DNA of 64,000 nt from the IMG/VR virus record IMGVR_UViG_3300045988_112496, positions 1 to 64,000 of that record; one strand, 5' to 3'. How positions within the stretch are numbered: the first letter of the stretch is position 1; each line of letters opens with the position of its first letter. The DNA comes from a virus. The notes under the pieces are model-generated. The model was given only the letters and a program-made list of their open reading frames with translations. It was not told the DNA's origin and searched no databases. Below, one piece after another: positions 43,933 to 54,811 of the stretch. A program made the position numbers and the translations under genes.

Positions 43933-46395
43933 TTATTCTATTTTAAGTGACCATTCTGTTCCTTCCGGAACTAATATATTAATACCTTGTTCCGAAATAT
44001 CATTGGATTCCCAAGTAAGTTCTGTCTTATCTACTACATCCAGTAGATTTACAATAAAGACGGCTTTAACTGCAGGATTAGCTTTCACATAGAAAGTATG
44101 TTTACCTGGTAGGTTAGTAAAGAACTGATAAGGACTTGGGTGAACTACATCTGGAGCTGTCTCATATACAATATCAGAAACTTCCCCAGTATCTGAAGTA
44201 CAGGTTACAATTGTAGATACCTCTTGTACATCCTTGCTTAGTTCTGCACTTACAGGATTACAAGTTAAAGTATACTTAGGTATAACATCTTTAACTGTAA
44301 GGTTTACTACTGAACCTTGATAATAGAATTCGTAACTACCAGCTTTATCAAAGGTAATAAGGGTATTCGAATTATATTTCTCGGATGAACCTTCCAAATC
44401 GATATTAGTTATCATACTACCACCGTCTCCCCAACGTAAATAGAATTGACAGTTCTTGGATTTAGTTAATTGATAACCTGCTTTAATATACTTCCCTGTA
44501 TCTGCTACTGCTTCTGAGTAAGGTTGTAATTCATACCAATTATCATCGGTTTCATCTACAGGCTCTAACCATAAGTAAGATTGAGGAGCAGGTACATATT
44601 CTAATACTTCTACTTCTACTGACTTACTAACATCCCCCACGGATTCAAATTTGTAATCTCCAGCCTCATTAAATTGATATTCTGTATTTCTACCATAGTA
44701 ATAATCTGGACCTACTACATAACGATTGGTTAATTCGGTGGTACCCAATTTTACCCATGTACCTTGAGTATTCTTTTTGTAGATATTTACCTCGGTATCA
44801 AAGTAACTACCTAAGTTGGCACTTTCAAAAGTAGAATAATAAATCCCAGATGTAACCCAAAGATTAACCGATGCAGAACCCTGAGCATTTAGGTTTAATC
44901 GTTTATTAGATACACCTATATTATATGTAATGGTATATCCCAATCTATAAGCTACTACTGTACCATAATTACTGGTATTACCCGAATCATCTTTGGTACA
45001 TCTGAATTGGAATGTACCAGTAGAGGTAGGTGCCCATCTTTGACCATTACGAACCAATATACCTGGGTCTGAAGTACATACAGCAATGAGTTGGCTTGTA
45101 TCTTCATTTGGGTCTGAAGAACGTATAGTTATCAAAGACTTCTCACCATTGGTAAGATTAATGTTTCTTGGTTCACAGAGTACAGTATAATTAGTAGCAA
45201 TAGCGGTTACTGTTAAAGTAACTTTCTTTGCAGGAAAGTCTGCAATAACCCATTCATAAGTACCTGCCGAAGTTATTTCCCAAACAGAACCAGAATCTTT
45301 GGTTTCATAAGTATTAAGTAACTGTACAGTTACAGGTTTGATATTACCCTGATAATTCATATTAGCCGTTACCCTAACCTTGATTACAGGGTTAGTACCT
45401 GTGATTACCAAGTTATCTGGGTCTGTACCTCCCTCTACCAAGTCTGCATAAATATGATAAGATTTGGTATAATACTCTAAACCTATATCTACATAGGTAG
45501 TTACCGAAGTATCACCTACACTTCGAAAATAATATCTCTGGTCACCTTTTCTTGCATAGAATATAGAACCACTTTCATATTTCTTTGAGCTCCATTTATT
45601 CTCAGCTGGGTCATATCCAGTTACCTGATATCTTAAATCAGCATCATCATAATCTGAGGTAACTGTTACTCTAATAGGTATTTCTGTTATATGCCCAGTC
45701 ACAATCTTTGCAGGACTGATAAGGGGTTCAGCTTTAATCCTATAATTATAAGCTAAATCAAATCCATAAGCAATTTTACCAGATACATTGTAAGGTAAAA
45801 ACCTATCGAATAGTTTATCAATTGATTGTTTGAAAGCCTTGAACTCTGGAGTAGGAGATGTAAAACCATGACCACTTATAGAAATACCTACCTCGATACA
45901 TTGAGCACAACCATAAATCTTATCATAATTGTACTTATCATATTGAGAATAATCGGTATCATATAAGGGGTCTACCTTTTCCCATTTATCCATTGCTCCA
46001 TCGGTTGGGTCTGTAATTGTACAAGTTAACCCATACATATTAAAAAGGATTTCGAAGAATTTCCTTGAGCCACGAATCTTAAGTAATGATATCGAATACT
46101 TTAAGATAGTTCGAATTTGTTCATCGCTTAAGTTAGGAACTCCTTTGTGTTCTCCTGTTCTAGCAAATGGTAATGCTCCCAAGAACTCCCAGAGGTAGTT
46201 TAAATACCTCTGCTGAGTTTTATCGATATCGATTATATCTAGAATATTATCAATATCTTTAGTTATATCTTCTTGGAAATAGTTACCACATATTTCTAGA
46301 AATCTTTCTAATATGCCCTTACCGTCGACTTTATAAGTATCTTGCTCCTTAAATTCGAAGGGTAAGAAATCAATTAGGTTTTTAAGATTTATCAT
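43933..46395 (-). CDS. baseplate wedge/tail-fibre protein: gpI-like N-terminus plus long beta-rich repeat region (820 aa)
   Basis: N-terminus '...QRYLNYLWEFLGALPFA...LKIRGSRKFFEILFNMYGL' resembles P2 gpI. Lies downstream of the gpJ-like gene. Confidence 0.55.
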   Translation of the reverse strand: MINLKNLIDFLPFEFKEQDTYKVDGKGILERFLEICGNYFQEDITKDIDNILDIIDIDKTQQRYLNYLWEFLGALPFARTGEHKGVPNLSDEQIRTILKYSISLLKIRGSRKFFEILFNMYGLTCTITDPTDGAMDKWEKVDPLYDTDYSQYDKYNYDKIYGCAQCIEVGISISGHGFTSPTPEFKAFKQSIDKLFDRFLPYNVSGKIAYGFDLAYNYRIKAEPLISPAKIVTGHITEIPIRVTVTSDYDDADLRYQVTGYDPAENKWSSKKYESGSIFYARKGDQRYYFRSVGDTSVTTYVDIGLEYYTKSYHIYADLVEGGTDPDNLVITGTNPVIKVRVTANMNYQGNIKPVTVQLLNTYETKDSGSVWEITSAGTYEWVIADFPAKKVTLTVTAIATNYTVLCEPRNINLTNGEKSLITIRSSDPNEDTSQLIAVCTSDPGILVRNGQRWAPTSTGTFQFRCTKDDSGNTSNYGTVVAYRLGYTITYNIGVSNKRLNLNAQGSASVNLWVTSGIYYSTFESANLGSYFDTEVNIYKKNTQGTWVKLGTTELTNRYVVGPDYYYGRNTEYQFNEAGDYKFESVGDVSKSVEVEVLEYVPAPQSYLWLEPVDETDDNWYELQPYSEAVADTGKYIKAGYQLTKSKNCQFYLRWGDGGSMITNIDLEGSSEKYNSNTLITFDKAGSYEFYYQGSVVNLTVKDVIPKYTLTCNPVSAELSKDVQEVSTIVTCTSDTGEVSDIVYETAPDVVHPSPYQFFTNLPGKHTFYVKANPAVKAVFIVNLLDVVDKTELTWESNDISEQGINILVPEGTEWSLKIE

Positions 46396-48113
46396 ACGAT
46401 TTCGTTTACTTTAAGTGTTAACTGACTTGAGTCTTCGAATACCGGGATATTATAACCGGGGTCTGTATAATCCTTGTTAGGTTCTGCAATGGTTATTGTA
46501 TACCTGAATCCAGACTGATAACCATTATCTTGGATATCCAATGCAAAGATAAACCCATTTATAGTATCCCTGATTTGTGTAGTCTTACCCACCTGGCCAT
46601 CATAAGAAAAGCCTCCCTTAACCGAACGTACCGTGAATTGAGTACCTGAAGAAAAGGAGATAAAGTAAGACATACTACCATTAGCTTCATCCAATTGGAA
46701 TTGACCAAGAACTAATTCCTTGTTACCGTATACGGTAGTAGGCCAAGGTTTAGTATAGAACTTCTTCAAGTGTAAGTAATCTACAGATTCAAGATTATCT
46801 ATTAGTGCATAGATATCAGAAATTCTTACGCTACCACCAATGTCTGAATTCTCCGGAGAGTAAGCATTAAATAATGCACTGAGAATCTGTGATTGTATTT
46901 CCGAAGTTTTATAAGACTTCTTCCCAGTAACTTCTACATCCAGGATAATGTTTACTTTACCTGCCGATTTAACCGTTAACCAAGTAGTAAGAGGTGAGTT
47001 CTGATGTAATACATCATATACTTTTTGAATAAGATTAGAATCAGCAGTAGCTCCATTATCTGGGGAGATATATACAATCAGTTTTCTACCACATTCATAT
47101 TCAGCTTTAGCTTTACTAACTCCATCAACTAACTTAGCTAAGTCAATGAAATCTTGTTTAGTGATAGCAACTCCCATGGTCTTTACACTCAAGGGTATAT
47201 GTTCCTTGAGCATACTAAAGTTCTCATAAGTAGAACCTCCACCTGCAGCATAAGTATTAGATACTGTAGCATCAGTAACTGAAGAAGATATTACTGAAGG
47301 TACAGAAGTAATCATACCAGATTTTACATTACCATTGATACCAGTAGTAAGATAAAACTTAACATCGGATATCTTGGCATTAGCTGCAGGCTTCTGACCA
47401 TATTTACCATCCCCAAATAATATATAAGGATTTAAAGCCTCATCCATAGTAACCATGAAATGTTTATCCGTGGGTTTTGAGTAAGCAAATGTATTTACTA
47501 ATACCCAAGATTCTCCACCGATTTTCATACTCATAGTTCCATGTTCGTAATACTTACCATTTGGTAAAGTACCAAGTGTAATGGTTACCCTTTCATCAGA
47601 AGGTATAACCATCCCATTTATTTGACTTTCTGTATATAATTCGTGTTGTACAACTGGAACTTTACAAGTAGTTACATTAGCATACCAAGTTACGTCTCTA
47701 GATGATAACCATTTGTTACCATTGGAGTCAGTGAATAAGGTTCCAGAGGGTATAGTTAATTTAGCACCAATAGAATCTCCAGATACATCTCTGGATACTA
47801 CTAAATCTACTGATGCTGCAATAGCACCTCTTGCATGATAATCTACCAAAGCTCCATGCCTAACCACTGAGCTATATTTACGAGCAGTAGGTAGAAATGA
47901 TTCTCTGGCCATGTTATCAATGTAGTAGTGAAGAACTTCGGCAATTGCCGCAAACAGTGAAAGGATAATGATTAGTATATTTCCTTCCGAGTAATCAGTT
48001 ACGAGTACATTACCATCTTTGTCTTTAATGTTCGTAAGTGATTCTATCAACTTGGCCTTAATCTGTTGGTAAGACCTCTGATAAGGATTGAGCCATTTGT
48101 TAGTGATTCCCAT
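46392..48113 (-). CDS. baseplate J-like protein (P2 gpJ / T4 gp6 family) (573 aa)
   Basis: N-terminal Baseplate_J pattern 'DYSEGNILIIILSLFAAIAEVLHYYIDNMARESFLPTA'. Synteny W-J-I. Confidence 0.75.
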   Translation of the reverse strand: MGITNKWLNPYQRSYQQIKAKLIESLTNIKDKDGNVLVTDYSEGNILIIILSLFAAIAEVLHYYIDNMARESFLPTARKYSSVVRHGALVDYHARGAIAASVDLVVSRDVSGDSIGAKLTIPSGTLFTDSNGNKWLSSRDVTWYANVTTCKVPVVQHELYTESQINGMVIPSDERVTITLGTLPNGKYYEHGTMSMKIGGESWVLVNTFAYSKPTDKHFMVTMDEALNPYILFGDGKYGQKPAANAKISDVKFYLTTGINGNVKSGMITSVPSVISSSVTDATVSNTYAAGGGSTYENFSMLKEHIPLSVKTMGVAITKQDFIDLAKLVDGVSKAKAEYECGRKLIVYISPDNGATADSNLIQKVYDVLHQNSPLTTWLTVKSAGKVNIILDVEVTGKKSYKTSEIQSQILSALFNAYSPENSDIGGSVRISDIYALIDNLESVDYLHLKKFYTKPWPTTVYGNKELVLGQFQLDEANGSMSYFISFSSGTQFTVRSVKGGFSYDGQVGKTTQIRDTINGFIFALDIQDNGYQSGFRYTITIAEPNKDYTDPGYNIPVFEDSSQLTLKVNEIV

Positions 48114-48114
48114 A

Positions 48115-48549
48115 TTAATAAGAGTTTAATGAATTTTCATTTTTATCGTAGGTCAGGTACAGGTACTGACTAGTAGAAGTATCATTAATTACATAGTGAA
48201 CTTCTATGTTTATTTTAGCACCTTGTCTAGAAACGGTGATACCTTTAAAGGTAATCCTTTGTTCCCATGCACCAATTGAGCTTTTAATAAACTCTTTAAT
48301 AATAAAACTTAGGGCTTGTGTATTTGGCTCTTCTATACATTCCCATAGGCGATTCCCAAAGTTTTCCTGTCGAAATCGTTGGCCTATTAAATAATACATT
48401 ATAGAGCTTATATTATTCCTTACCAAACCCATATCACCATTAACGGGATACCAACCAGTTTCACCGTTTTCGTTTCTTGTAAGTTGAATAGGAAATATCA
48501 TTCCCTTTCCAACAATGTTAGTAAGATAATTATCCATTAGTGTATACAT
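48115..48549 (-). CDS. baseplate wedge protein, GPW/gp25 family (144 aa)
   Basis: 'GKGMIFPI...IGQRFRQENFGNRLWECIEEP...WEQRI' is the gp25 signature. Confidence 0.75.
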   Translation of the reverse strand: MYTLMDNYLTNIVGKGMIFPIQLTRNENGETGWYPVNGDMGLVRNNISSIMYYLIGQRFRQENFGNRLWECIEEPNTQALSFIIKEFIKSSIGAWEQRITFKGITVSRQGAKINIEVHYVINDTSTSQYLYLTYDKNENSLNSY

Positions 48550-49256
48550 TTAGTGTCCTCATAATCTTCTTGTTTGAAAGTAGAGAACGGTTGACTTGCT
48601 TGAGTTACAGTAGGACCTGAAGAACCTGGTCCAGTAGTTACACCAGAGTGTACATGAGAATTGAATAAAGCTCTCAGAGTTTCCAGTTCTTTAATGGTGT
48701 TATTGAGTTTCTCGGTTAGTTCTTTAATATTAACTACTCCTTGATTCTCACCTTTGTTTAAAATTACTGTATCTCCAGAACCTACATTCACATCGCCTTG
48801 TGCTTGAACAGAAATGTTTCCTTTAGCAACAATGCCCACATCTCCATTTATATAAACAGTTAGCTTTCCATTATCGTCATCTAGTACCATTACATTACCT
48901 TCGGGAGTAATGATTCCCATTTTATTGGGACCATCCAAAGGGTCTGGTATTTGTTGTAAACCCCAACCATGATATTCCCATAGAGGTTTAGTTGGGTCTC
49001 CGAATTCGAATGTAACAAATACTATATCTCCAACTTTAGGAGCAAGGTACTTGAATCCATTATTGATAGAACCATGTTGGCCTTTTGCATAAGCCCATAA
49101 GGTGATTCCATTCATAACCTCTGGACAGCATACTTTAATACGGTTCATATGTTTCTCCGTATCATCATTATCTACCACTATGCCACGGTAGACAGAGTAA
49201 TATCTGCTTAAACCTTCGATACCTTCTTCTGTTAATAACTTAGCTGTTGAGTACAT
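48537..49256 (-). CDS. baseplate spike protein (gpV / Mu gp45 / gp5 OB-fold type) (239 aa)
   Basis: 'YRGIVVDNDD...RIKVCCPEV...PKVGDIVFVTFEFGDPTKPLW', beta-helix-like repeats, 'SHVHSGVTTGPGSSGPT'. Confidence 0.75.
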   Translation of the reverse strand: MYSTAKLLTEEGIEGLSRYYSVYRGIVVDNDDTEKHMNRIKVCCPEVMNGITLWAYAKGQHGSINNGFKYLAPKVGDIVFVTFEFGDPTKPLWEYHGWGLQQIPDPLDGPNKMGIITPEGNVMVLDDDNGKLTVYINGDVGIVAKGNISVQAQGDVNVGSGDTVILNKGENQGVVNIKELTEKLNNTIKELETLRALFNSHVHSGVTTGPGSSGPTVTQASQPFSTFKQEDYEDTKCIH

Positions 49257-51151
49257 TATCTTTTACTTTTTTTGTATAGGTTATATAATTTTGTAGCATA
49301 ATCAACCCAATCAAAATTATACTTAGCTCTTAACTGAGGTGTAATCTTACTTGGGTCTACCCATTTAACAGTAACTTTACCAGGCTTCAGGGTACCATCT
49401 GAATAAACTATATTGCCCTCTGTTTGTACAGTACCTGCAGCTACGGTCATGGGGTCTTCAGCATAAATCTCGTTGGTATAGAGTTTATTAAGTAGAAAAT
49501 CACCAACACCTCTGGGGTCTATTACCTTACCATTTGAATCCATGTACCTTTCAAAAAAGTACGTAACTTCATTACTGGTAAAATTAAGAAGTGTATTAGA
49601 ATCAGGTCCAAATTTCATCTTATCTTTACCAAAAGTTGTCTTGGCATTTATAGAAGCATCATTACTTACAATGGTTTGAGAACTTAGATTAGATTTAGAA
49701 GTTATCTGACCATCCCTAGCATTATTCTTAATTAAATCCAGTGTACAGAGATAACCTTGACCAGCATCCATTGAATGTTGTACGGATTTGATATACCAAA
49801 AGCCTGACCACCTTTTACCAACATTCTCTAAGGAAATTACTTGAGAAGATTGTAATGAAGGTCTACCAACTACGGTCATCTGACATACTAATTTTCTCTC
49901 CGTAGTTTTAAGACCACCATTGGCATTAGCATTCATGGCCCAAGCGTATTTATCTGCTCCTCCATACCTACTGAATAAATTATGATACAACTTATATAGA
50001 GGGATTGATAAGTCATGTTTCTTCCAACGACGTACCTTTACTTTTTTACCCATATTCCCATAACCTAAATTATATTTCTGAGAATCCGAATCGGATATCT
50101 CTATAATATTGGGGTCTTTTTTCATAGCTCCATAACCTCTGTCCCAAGCACTTCTATAAGAAGTTTGATATTCTAAACCACCCATAGCTCTACCAGACTT
50201 TACCCTGTAACCTTCTGGGTCATACTCTACGGGGTCTAAATATTCTTCGGCTAAATACTTTATCTGTTCATCTCCAGTAAATATGTATTGTGTAGATTCA
50301 AAATACTGTTTTAGATTACTCTCAAGAGATTTACCCACTTTACAAGTTTTCTTAATCTGTTCTAGTATGGCCCTCTTATCTCCAGGTAATGTTTTTTCTA
50401 CTTCAGATATAGCCCTCTGATAGTCTTCTACTGACATACCACTAAGTTTAGCTTCTTTACTAGCATTAAATGACTGTCCTTCACTGGGTAATGGGTCTTT
50501 TGAATTGGATTCTCTTAGTTGTACTACCTTAGGTATTCCTTTAGCTCTCTTTTGATTATCTACAAATTCTGCTTTAGTATTAGGATGACCTAATCCAAAA
50601 TTCTGACCAGTATCATAATCCCAAGAAGGTACTACTTCGGTATTATCTTGAGGAGTTACAAAATTATCTTTTTGTACTGAGATCTTTTGTTCTTTGTCTT
50701 TATCTGGTTCTTGAATACCTGTAGTGCCAGATATAATATCTTTTTCTTCAGGGTCTATGGTTTGTGATAAAGCCACTTTAACATTCTTAGTTACTTTCTG
50801 AGTAGTAAAAGATACTCTAAGTACTTCTCCATTTTCGGATTGATAAATATAATTATATTCTGGTTCTTGGTTAAACTTACGATTGTGTATGTATATTACA
50901 CCATCACGAGAATCTATATACCAAGGACCATTTGCATACCCTTTCATCTTTTGTTCTAATTGAACTAAGATGTTATTCCCTATTAATCCTAAGTCACTAT
51001 CTATCAAAGACTTCAAATCACTTGGCATAGCTACTTGAGCTATTCCACTAAACCGGTTAGCGTAAAGTATCTTTCCAGTAGTAGTTCGACTTTGTTCTGT
51101 CGGGACCTGTAGTGACTCGTAAACTTTATTACTTATTACTTGTTTAGCCAT
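49256..51151 (-). CDS. tail hub protein, gpD-like C-terminal part with large insertions (631 aa)
   Basis: 'VVGRPSLQSSQVISLENVGKRWSGFWYIKSVQHSMDAGQGYLCTLDL' resembles the late-control-D family core. Confidence 0.6.
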   Translation of the reverse strand: MAKQVISNKVYESLQVPTEQSRTTTGKILYANRFSGIAQVAMPSDLKSLIDSDLGLIGNNILVQLEQKMKGYANGPWYIDSRDGVIYIHNRKFNQEPEYNYIYQSENGEVLRVSFTTQKVTKNVKVALSQTIDPEEKDIISGTTGIQEPDKDKEQKISVQKDNFVTPQDNTEVVPSWDYDTGQNFGLGHPNTKAEFVDNQKRAKGIPKVVQLRESNSKDPLPSEGQSFNASKEAKLSGMSVEDYQRAISEVEKTLPGDKRAILEQIKKTCKVGKSLESNLKQYFESTQYIFTGDEQIKYLAEEYLDPVEYDPEGYRVKSGRAMGGLEYQTSYRSAWDRGYGAMKKDPNIIEISDSDSQKYNLGYGNMGKKVKVRRWKKHDLSIPLYKLYHNLFSRYGGADKYAWAMNANANGGLKTTERKLVCQMTVVGRPSLQSSQVISLENVGKRWSGFWYIKSVQHSMDAGQGYLCTLDLIKNNARDGQITSKSNLSSQTIVSNDASINAKTTFGKDKMKFGPDSNTLLNFTSNEVTYFFERYMDSNGKVIDPRGVGDFLLNKLYTNEIYAEDPMTVAAGTVQTEGNIVYSDGTLKPGKVTVKWVDPSKITPQLRAKYNFDWVDYATKLYNLYKKSKR

Positions 51152-51651
51152 TACTGAAATATTTCTATGATTACGCCTATATCATTGTTACACCCATTAT
51201 CTAGGAAATTAGATAAACTGTGTTCCGATAAATCCGAATGAGTATAAGGTGGTTGGAATCTTAAATCTCCAACGGTATCTATACACTTAATCGTCACATG
51301 AGTACCAGTAGAATCGAATACACAATCCAAATCTCTAACCTTAATACTTCGTACTGGGCTAGAGATAAATTGACCATCTGGATATATGTATCCCCACTGA
51401 AGATAAATAATAGAGCTTTCCTGGAGGTCTTGGATATCTACAGTATCTGGGTCTCCAGTATCAAATGTAATGGTAGCTAAGTTCTCTTTCTCCTCATCAT
51501 ATTTGTAGCTCCAATTACTTATATAAGCGCCAAGAGGTATGCCAGTAATGGGATTCATTATAGGCATACCTCCAGAATTGAACAGAGCCATGTAAGGTGT
51601 TGCTGTTCCATTATAAAGTATTGGTTGGTTAGGTTTTCTAGTTGCCGCCAT
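51151..51651 (-). CDS. tail protein resembling the N-terminal domain of gpD-type hub proteins (166 aa)
   Basis: 'ATITFDTGDPDTVDIQDLQESSIIYLQWGY...' pattern. TAATG junction with the next gene. Confidence 0.4.
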   Translation of the reverse strand: MAATRKPNQPILYNGTATPYMALFNSGGMPIMNPITGIPLGAYISNWSYKYDEEKENLATITFDTGDPDTVDIQDLQESSIIYLQWGYIYPDGQFISSPVRSIKVRDLDCVFDSTGTHVTIKCIDTVGDLRFQPPYTHSDLSEHSLSNFLDNGCNNDIGVIIEIFQ

Positions 51652-51931
51652 ACATTGGTATTCTTAAAATTTGATATGGTTCTAATTCCTGAAAAGGGTT
51701 CAAGATATTATTAGCTTCGGCAATCAAATACCATTTACCAGAATCACCATAATAACGATGAGCAATGTTTTGTAAGGTTTCTCCATCCAATACTGTATGT
51801 TGTTTATCGTTATCAGTGTAAGGAACACTTGGTGGAGTTACCTCTAAAGAGTAATCTCCATTATCGTACTTAAGAGCAATAGCTCCATCATAGGGACTTG
51901 CTCCTGTCATGTATTGATTTAAGTCTATCAT
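51638..51931 (-). CDS. LysM-domain tail protein (gpX-like) (97 aa)
   Basis: 'HTVLDGETLQNIAHRYYGDSGKWYLIAEANNILNPF...ILRIP' is a LysM motif. Confidence 0.65.
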   Translation of the reverse strand: MIDLNQYMTGASPYDGAIALKYDNGDYSLEVTPPSVPYTDNDKQHTVLDGETLQNIAHRYYGDSGKWYLIAEANNILNPFQELEPYQILRIPMYGGN

Positions 51932-52851
51932 ATCTGTATCCCTTTCGTATTCTTTAAGTCATCTTCAGTTACGATATCTTGATAAGATAAGTTATAAGCA
52001 CTTACCCTTTTAAAGATTAATTCTTGGGTTGCAGCTGCAGGCAATAACTTTAAATCTTCAATGGTACATGACTTACCTGCTACTCTAGTCCTTGAAGCAT
52101 TTCTAAAATTGTTCAAGGTATAAGTTGCAGATGTAAGGATATACTGATGGTTATCAAATATACCAGAACTACCCCATTCGATTTTTAAAATCGGAGGACT
52201 TGCCTGATAAGAGTTTGCCTTAGTCCACATTTCCAATAATCGGCATTTAGTAATTACCTCTTTTGGATTATCTGGGTCATTACAGAACCAAGATACATTG
52301 AATTGAATTATATCTTCACTACCCGTAAAATGATACATGGGAGTATTACGTCCCATAGATTTAATTGTTGCCCAAGTAGTTTCTCCTCTAAAGTCAACCG
52401 AAGTGGGTCTGTTCTGAAGAGTAATATATTGGTAAGGACTAGCAGTAAGATTATAAATCACTACTTGATTCATACTTCTTACTTCTGGCATTACCAAAAA
52501 TAGTTCTTTATTCTTCGTAACATTCTGACCTTTAGCTGGGTCCATTTCTTCATATCCAAAAGGGACTCCACCTTCTACTTGATGTTTTAATTCCATTCGA
52601 TACTGAGCCTGAATCCTTTGGTTTAATTTAGGATTCTTTGAACTGGCTCTTGGTCCAAAAGGATTATTAGGGTCATATATTTTACCCTTATCTGCAGTGT
52701 CTTTAGGCAAGGTTGAGATTGCCCTGTTGAGGAAAATCCTGGCTCTCCAAAGTTTATTTAAAGGACCAGTAAGAACTCCTGCAGAATCTCTGGTAAGGTC
52801 ATTATACTTTTCAACAACCCCACCTGCTATTTGATTTAATATTCTTGCCAT
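51928..52851 (-). CDS. tail protein of unknown role, immediately downstream of the tape-measure gene (307 aa)
   Basis: Synteny only. Confidence 0.6.
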   Translation of the reverse strand: MARILNQIAGGVVEKYNDLTRDSAGVLTGPLNKLWRARIFLNRAISTLPKDTADKGKIYDPNNPFGPRASSKNPKLNQRIQAQYRMELKHQVEGGVPFGYEEMDPAKGQNVTKNKELFLVMPEVRSMNQVVIYNLTASPYQYITLQNRPTSVDFRGETTWATIKSMGRNTPMYHFTGSEDIIQFNVSWFCNDPDNPKEVITKCRLLEMWTKANSYQASPPILKIEWGSSGIFDNHQYILTSATYTLNNFRNASRTRVAGKSCTIEDLKLLPAAATQELIFKRVSAYNLSYQDIVTEDDLKNTKGIQI

Positions 52852-52858
52852 AGTTGTT

Positions 52859-54811
52859 TTAGTTTAATCCCAATGATATACCAGTGAAGTCCTGTTGGCT
52901 ACCCGGAGCAAAATCTCCTGCCTCATTCCCATCTACTGATATGTTAATTCTTGAATCCTTGAAGCCATCCCTAATGGCACTTCTAACGGCATCAACAAAA
53001 GCCTGTTGATTTCTATCTTGAATAGAAGCTTTGGTTTCTTCAGAGTTTAATGCTGCAGTATTATTATCTACAGAATTAGTAAGACCTCCAATTACTTCGA
53101 TTAATGCAGGAATAGCTATAGAAGCTAGTAGTCCCCAAGGCCCACCTAAGAATCCTAAAAGTCTACCACCCAGTAATCTAGCACCAAATCCCATAGCACC
53201 TTTCTTAGCAATTTGTTGGCCTGCTGTTTTAGTTACTGTAGAACCTACTGCTGCACCAACACCGGCACCTGCAAGTGTACTCATTGAAGTAAATCTTCCT
53301 TGAGCATCTCTTGCTACTACTGTACCCTTTCGAGTTCTACCAACAGTACCTCCCATAGGTAATGCAAAGAATTTACCTGGAGCCATTTGCATAGCAGTCA
53401 TTCTCATCATCATTGCCGAGATATTTCTCATGTGACCTTCAAGGATTGAGGCTTGAACATTAGTTCTTACCATACCTTCTGCCATACCATTAGTTTCGGT
53501 AGTAGCTAAAGCTTGGAAAGTACTTATCATTTTAATGGTACCCTGAATAAACTTAAAGCCTTGATATAGAGTACCTATTACTGCTCCAGTTGCAACTACC
53601 TTTACCAAGAATTTACCTGCCCAAGTTTCTTGCATACTGTTAATAATCTTCAGAATACCAGAACCCAATTTTAATACTGGGTTAAATACTTCAGCCAGAG
53701 TGGAACCTGCAGTTACAATAAAGTTCTCCCAGTTTGATTTGAGTTGTTCAATAATACCTGCAGGAGTTTGTAATCTTTCTTGAGTTAAGTTTTCTACTGT
53801 ACCGCTTGCAGCTCCAACCTTATCCATAAGTTCAGTAAGCTTATTAGCTCCAGTCCAATAATCTTGAAGTAAAGCTGAAGCAGCTCTTGTACCTCGAACT
53901 CCAAAGATATTGAATAAAGCCGAGGATATATCTATACCTCGTTTACCTCTAAGCTTATCGCCTAAGATGGTTATAATTTTATCTAATCTCAAAAGATTAC
54001 CAGAGGCATCTACTAGAGAAGCTGGGTCTATACCTAAAGATTTTAGCATCTCACCACCTCCCTTTTTCTGCCCGGTTACGGAAAGAGTTAAATAGCGCAT
54101 CATATTTGCCAATGCAGTACCAGCTGATGAAGCTTGGATACCTTGGTTACCAAGTACTCCAATGGCTGCAGCTGCATCACCCATACTGATTTTAGCATTT
54201 CGAAATTCTGCTCCTGAATATTGGAAAGATTGGGCAAGGTCAGTTAATGAAATATTTGCAGAAGTTACTGCAGTTGCCAATTGGTCTACTACTTGAGTAG
54301 CATTTTGTGAAGGTATATTAAAGGTCTGCATGATGTTAGTCATCAAGTCAGCAACTCCTCCTTTCTGACCAAAAGGCATACTGAAGATAGAAGCCAGCTT
54401 AGCTGCAGGGCCAATCATCTTTTCGATTTGCTCTACATTGTTACCAGCCATTGCCAAGTACCTTTCACCTGATGCAATATCAGCAGCAGTAAGAGGAGTT
54501 ACCTCATTGACTTCTTTGGCTACTTGCATTAGCCTTGCCTGTTGAGCAGCATTAGCTCCAGACATTTTAGAAGCTAAGAATACTTGGTCGTATACTCCTG
54601 CAGAATATTGGTAGGCCCTTGCCATACCTCCAACCAATTCTTTTCCAAACTCAAAAGCATTAGAAGTTGACATTTGAATACCTCTATTCCAGGTATTCAT
54701 ATCGTTCATCATCGTTCTGAATGAATTCGATATTCTGCCAGCCTCATTAGAGAATCGGTCTCTTAATACCATTGCAACACCGACCTCGACTAAGCTTCTT
54801 CTGTCTATCAT
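52859..54811 (-). CDS. tail tape measure protein (650 aa)
   Basis: Ala/Gly/Met-rich helical protein with TP901-type core '...LASKMSGANAAQQARLMQVAKEVNEVTPLTAADIASGERYLAMAGNN'. Gly-rich TM-like stretch. Position after the chaperone gene. Confidence 0.8.
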   Translation of the reverse strand: MIDRRSLVEVGVAMVLRDRFSNEAGRISNSFRTMMNDMNTWNRGIQMSTSNAFEFGKELVGGMARAYQYSAGVYDQVFLASKMSGANAAQQARLMQVAKEVNEVTPLTAADIASGERYLAMAGNNVEQIEKMIGPAAKLASIFSMPFGQKGGVADLMTNIMQTFNIPSQNATQVVDQLATAVTSANISLTDLAQSFQYSGAEFRNAKISMGDAAAAIGVLGNQGIQASSAGTALANMMRYLTLSVTGQKKGGGEMLKSLGIDPASLVDASGNLLRLDKIITILGDKLRGKRGIDISSALFNIFGVRGTRAASALLQDYWTGANKLTELMDKVGAASGTVENLTQERLQTPAGIIEQLKSNWENFIVTAGSTLAEVFNPVLKLGSGILKIINSMQETWAGKFLVKVVATGAVIGTLYQGFKFIQGTIKMISTFQALATTETNGMAEGMVRTNVQASILEGHMRNISAMMMRMTAMQMAPGKFFALPMGGTVGRTRKGTVVARDAQGRFTSMSTLAGAGVGAAVGSTVTKTAGQQIAKKGAMGFGARLLGGRLLGFLGGPWGLLASIAIPALIEVIGGLTNSVDNNTAALNSEETKASIQDRNQQAFVDAVRSAIRDGFKDSRINISVDGNEAGDFAPGSQQDFTGISLGLN

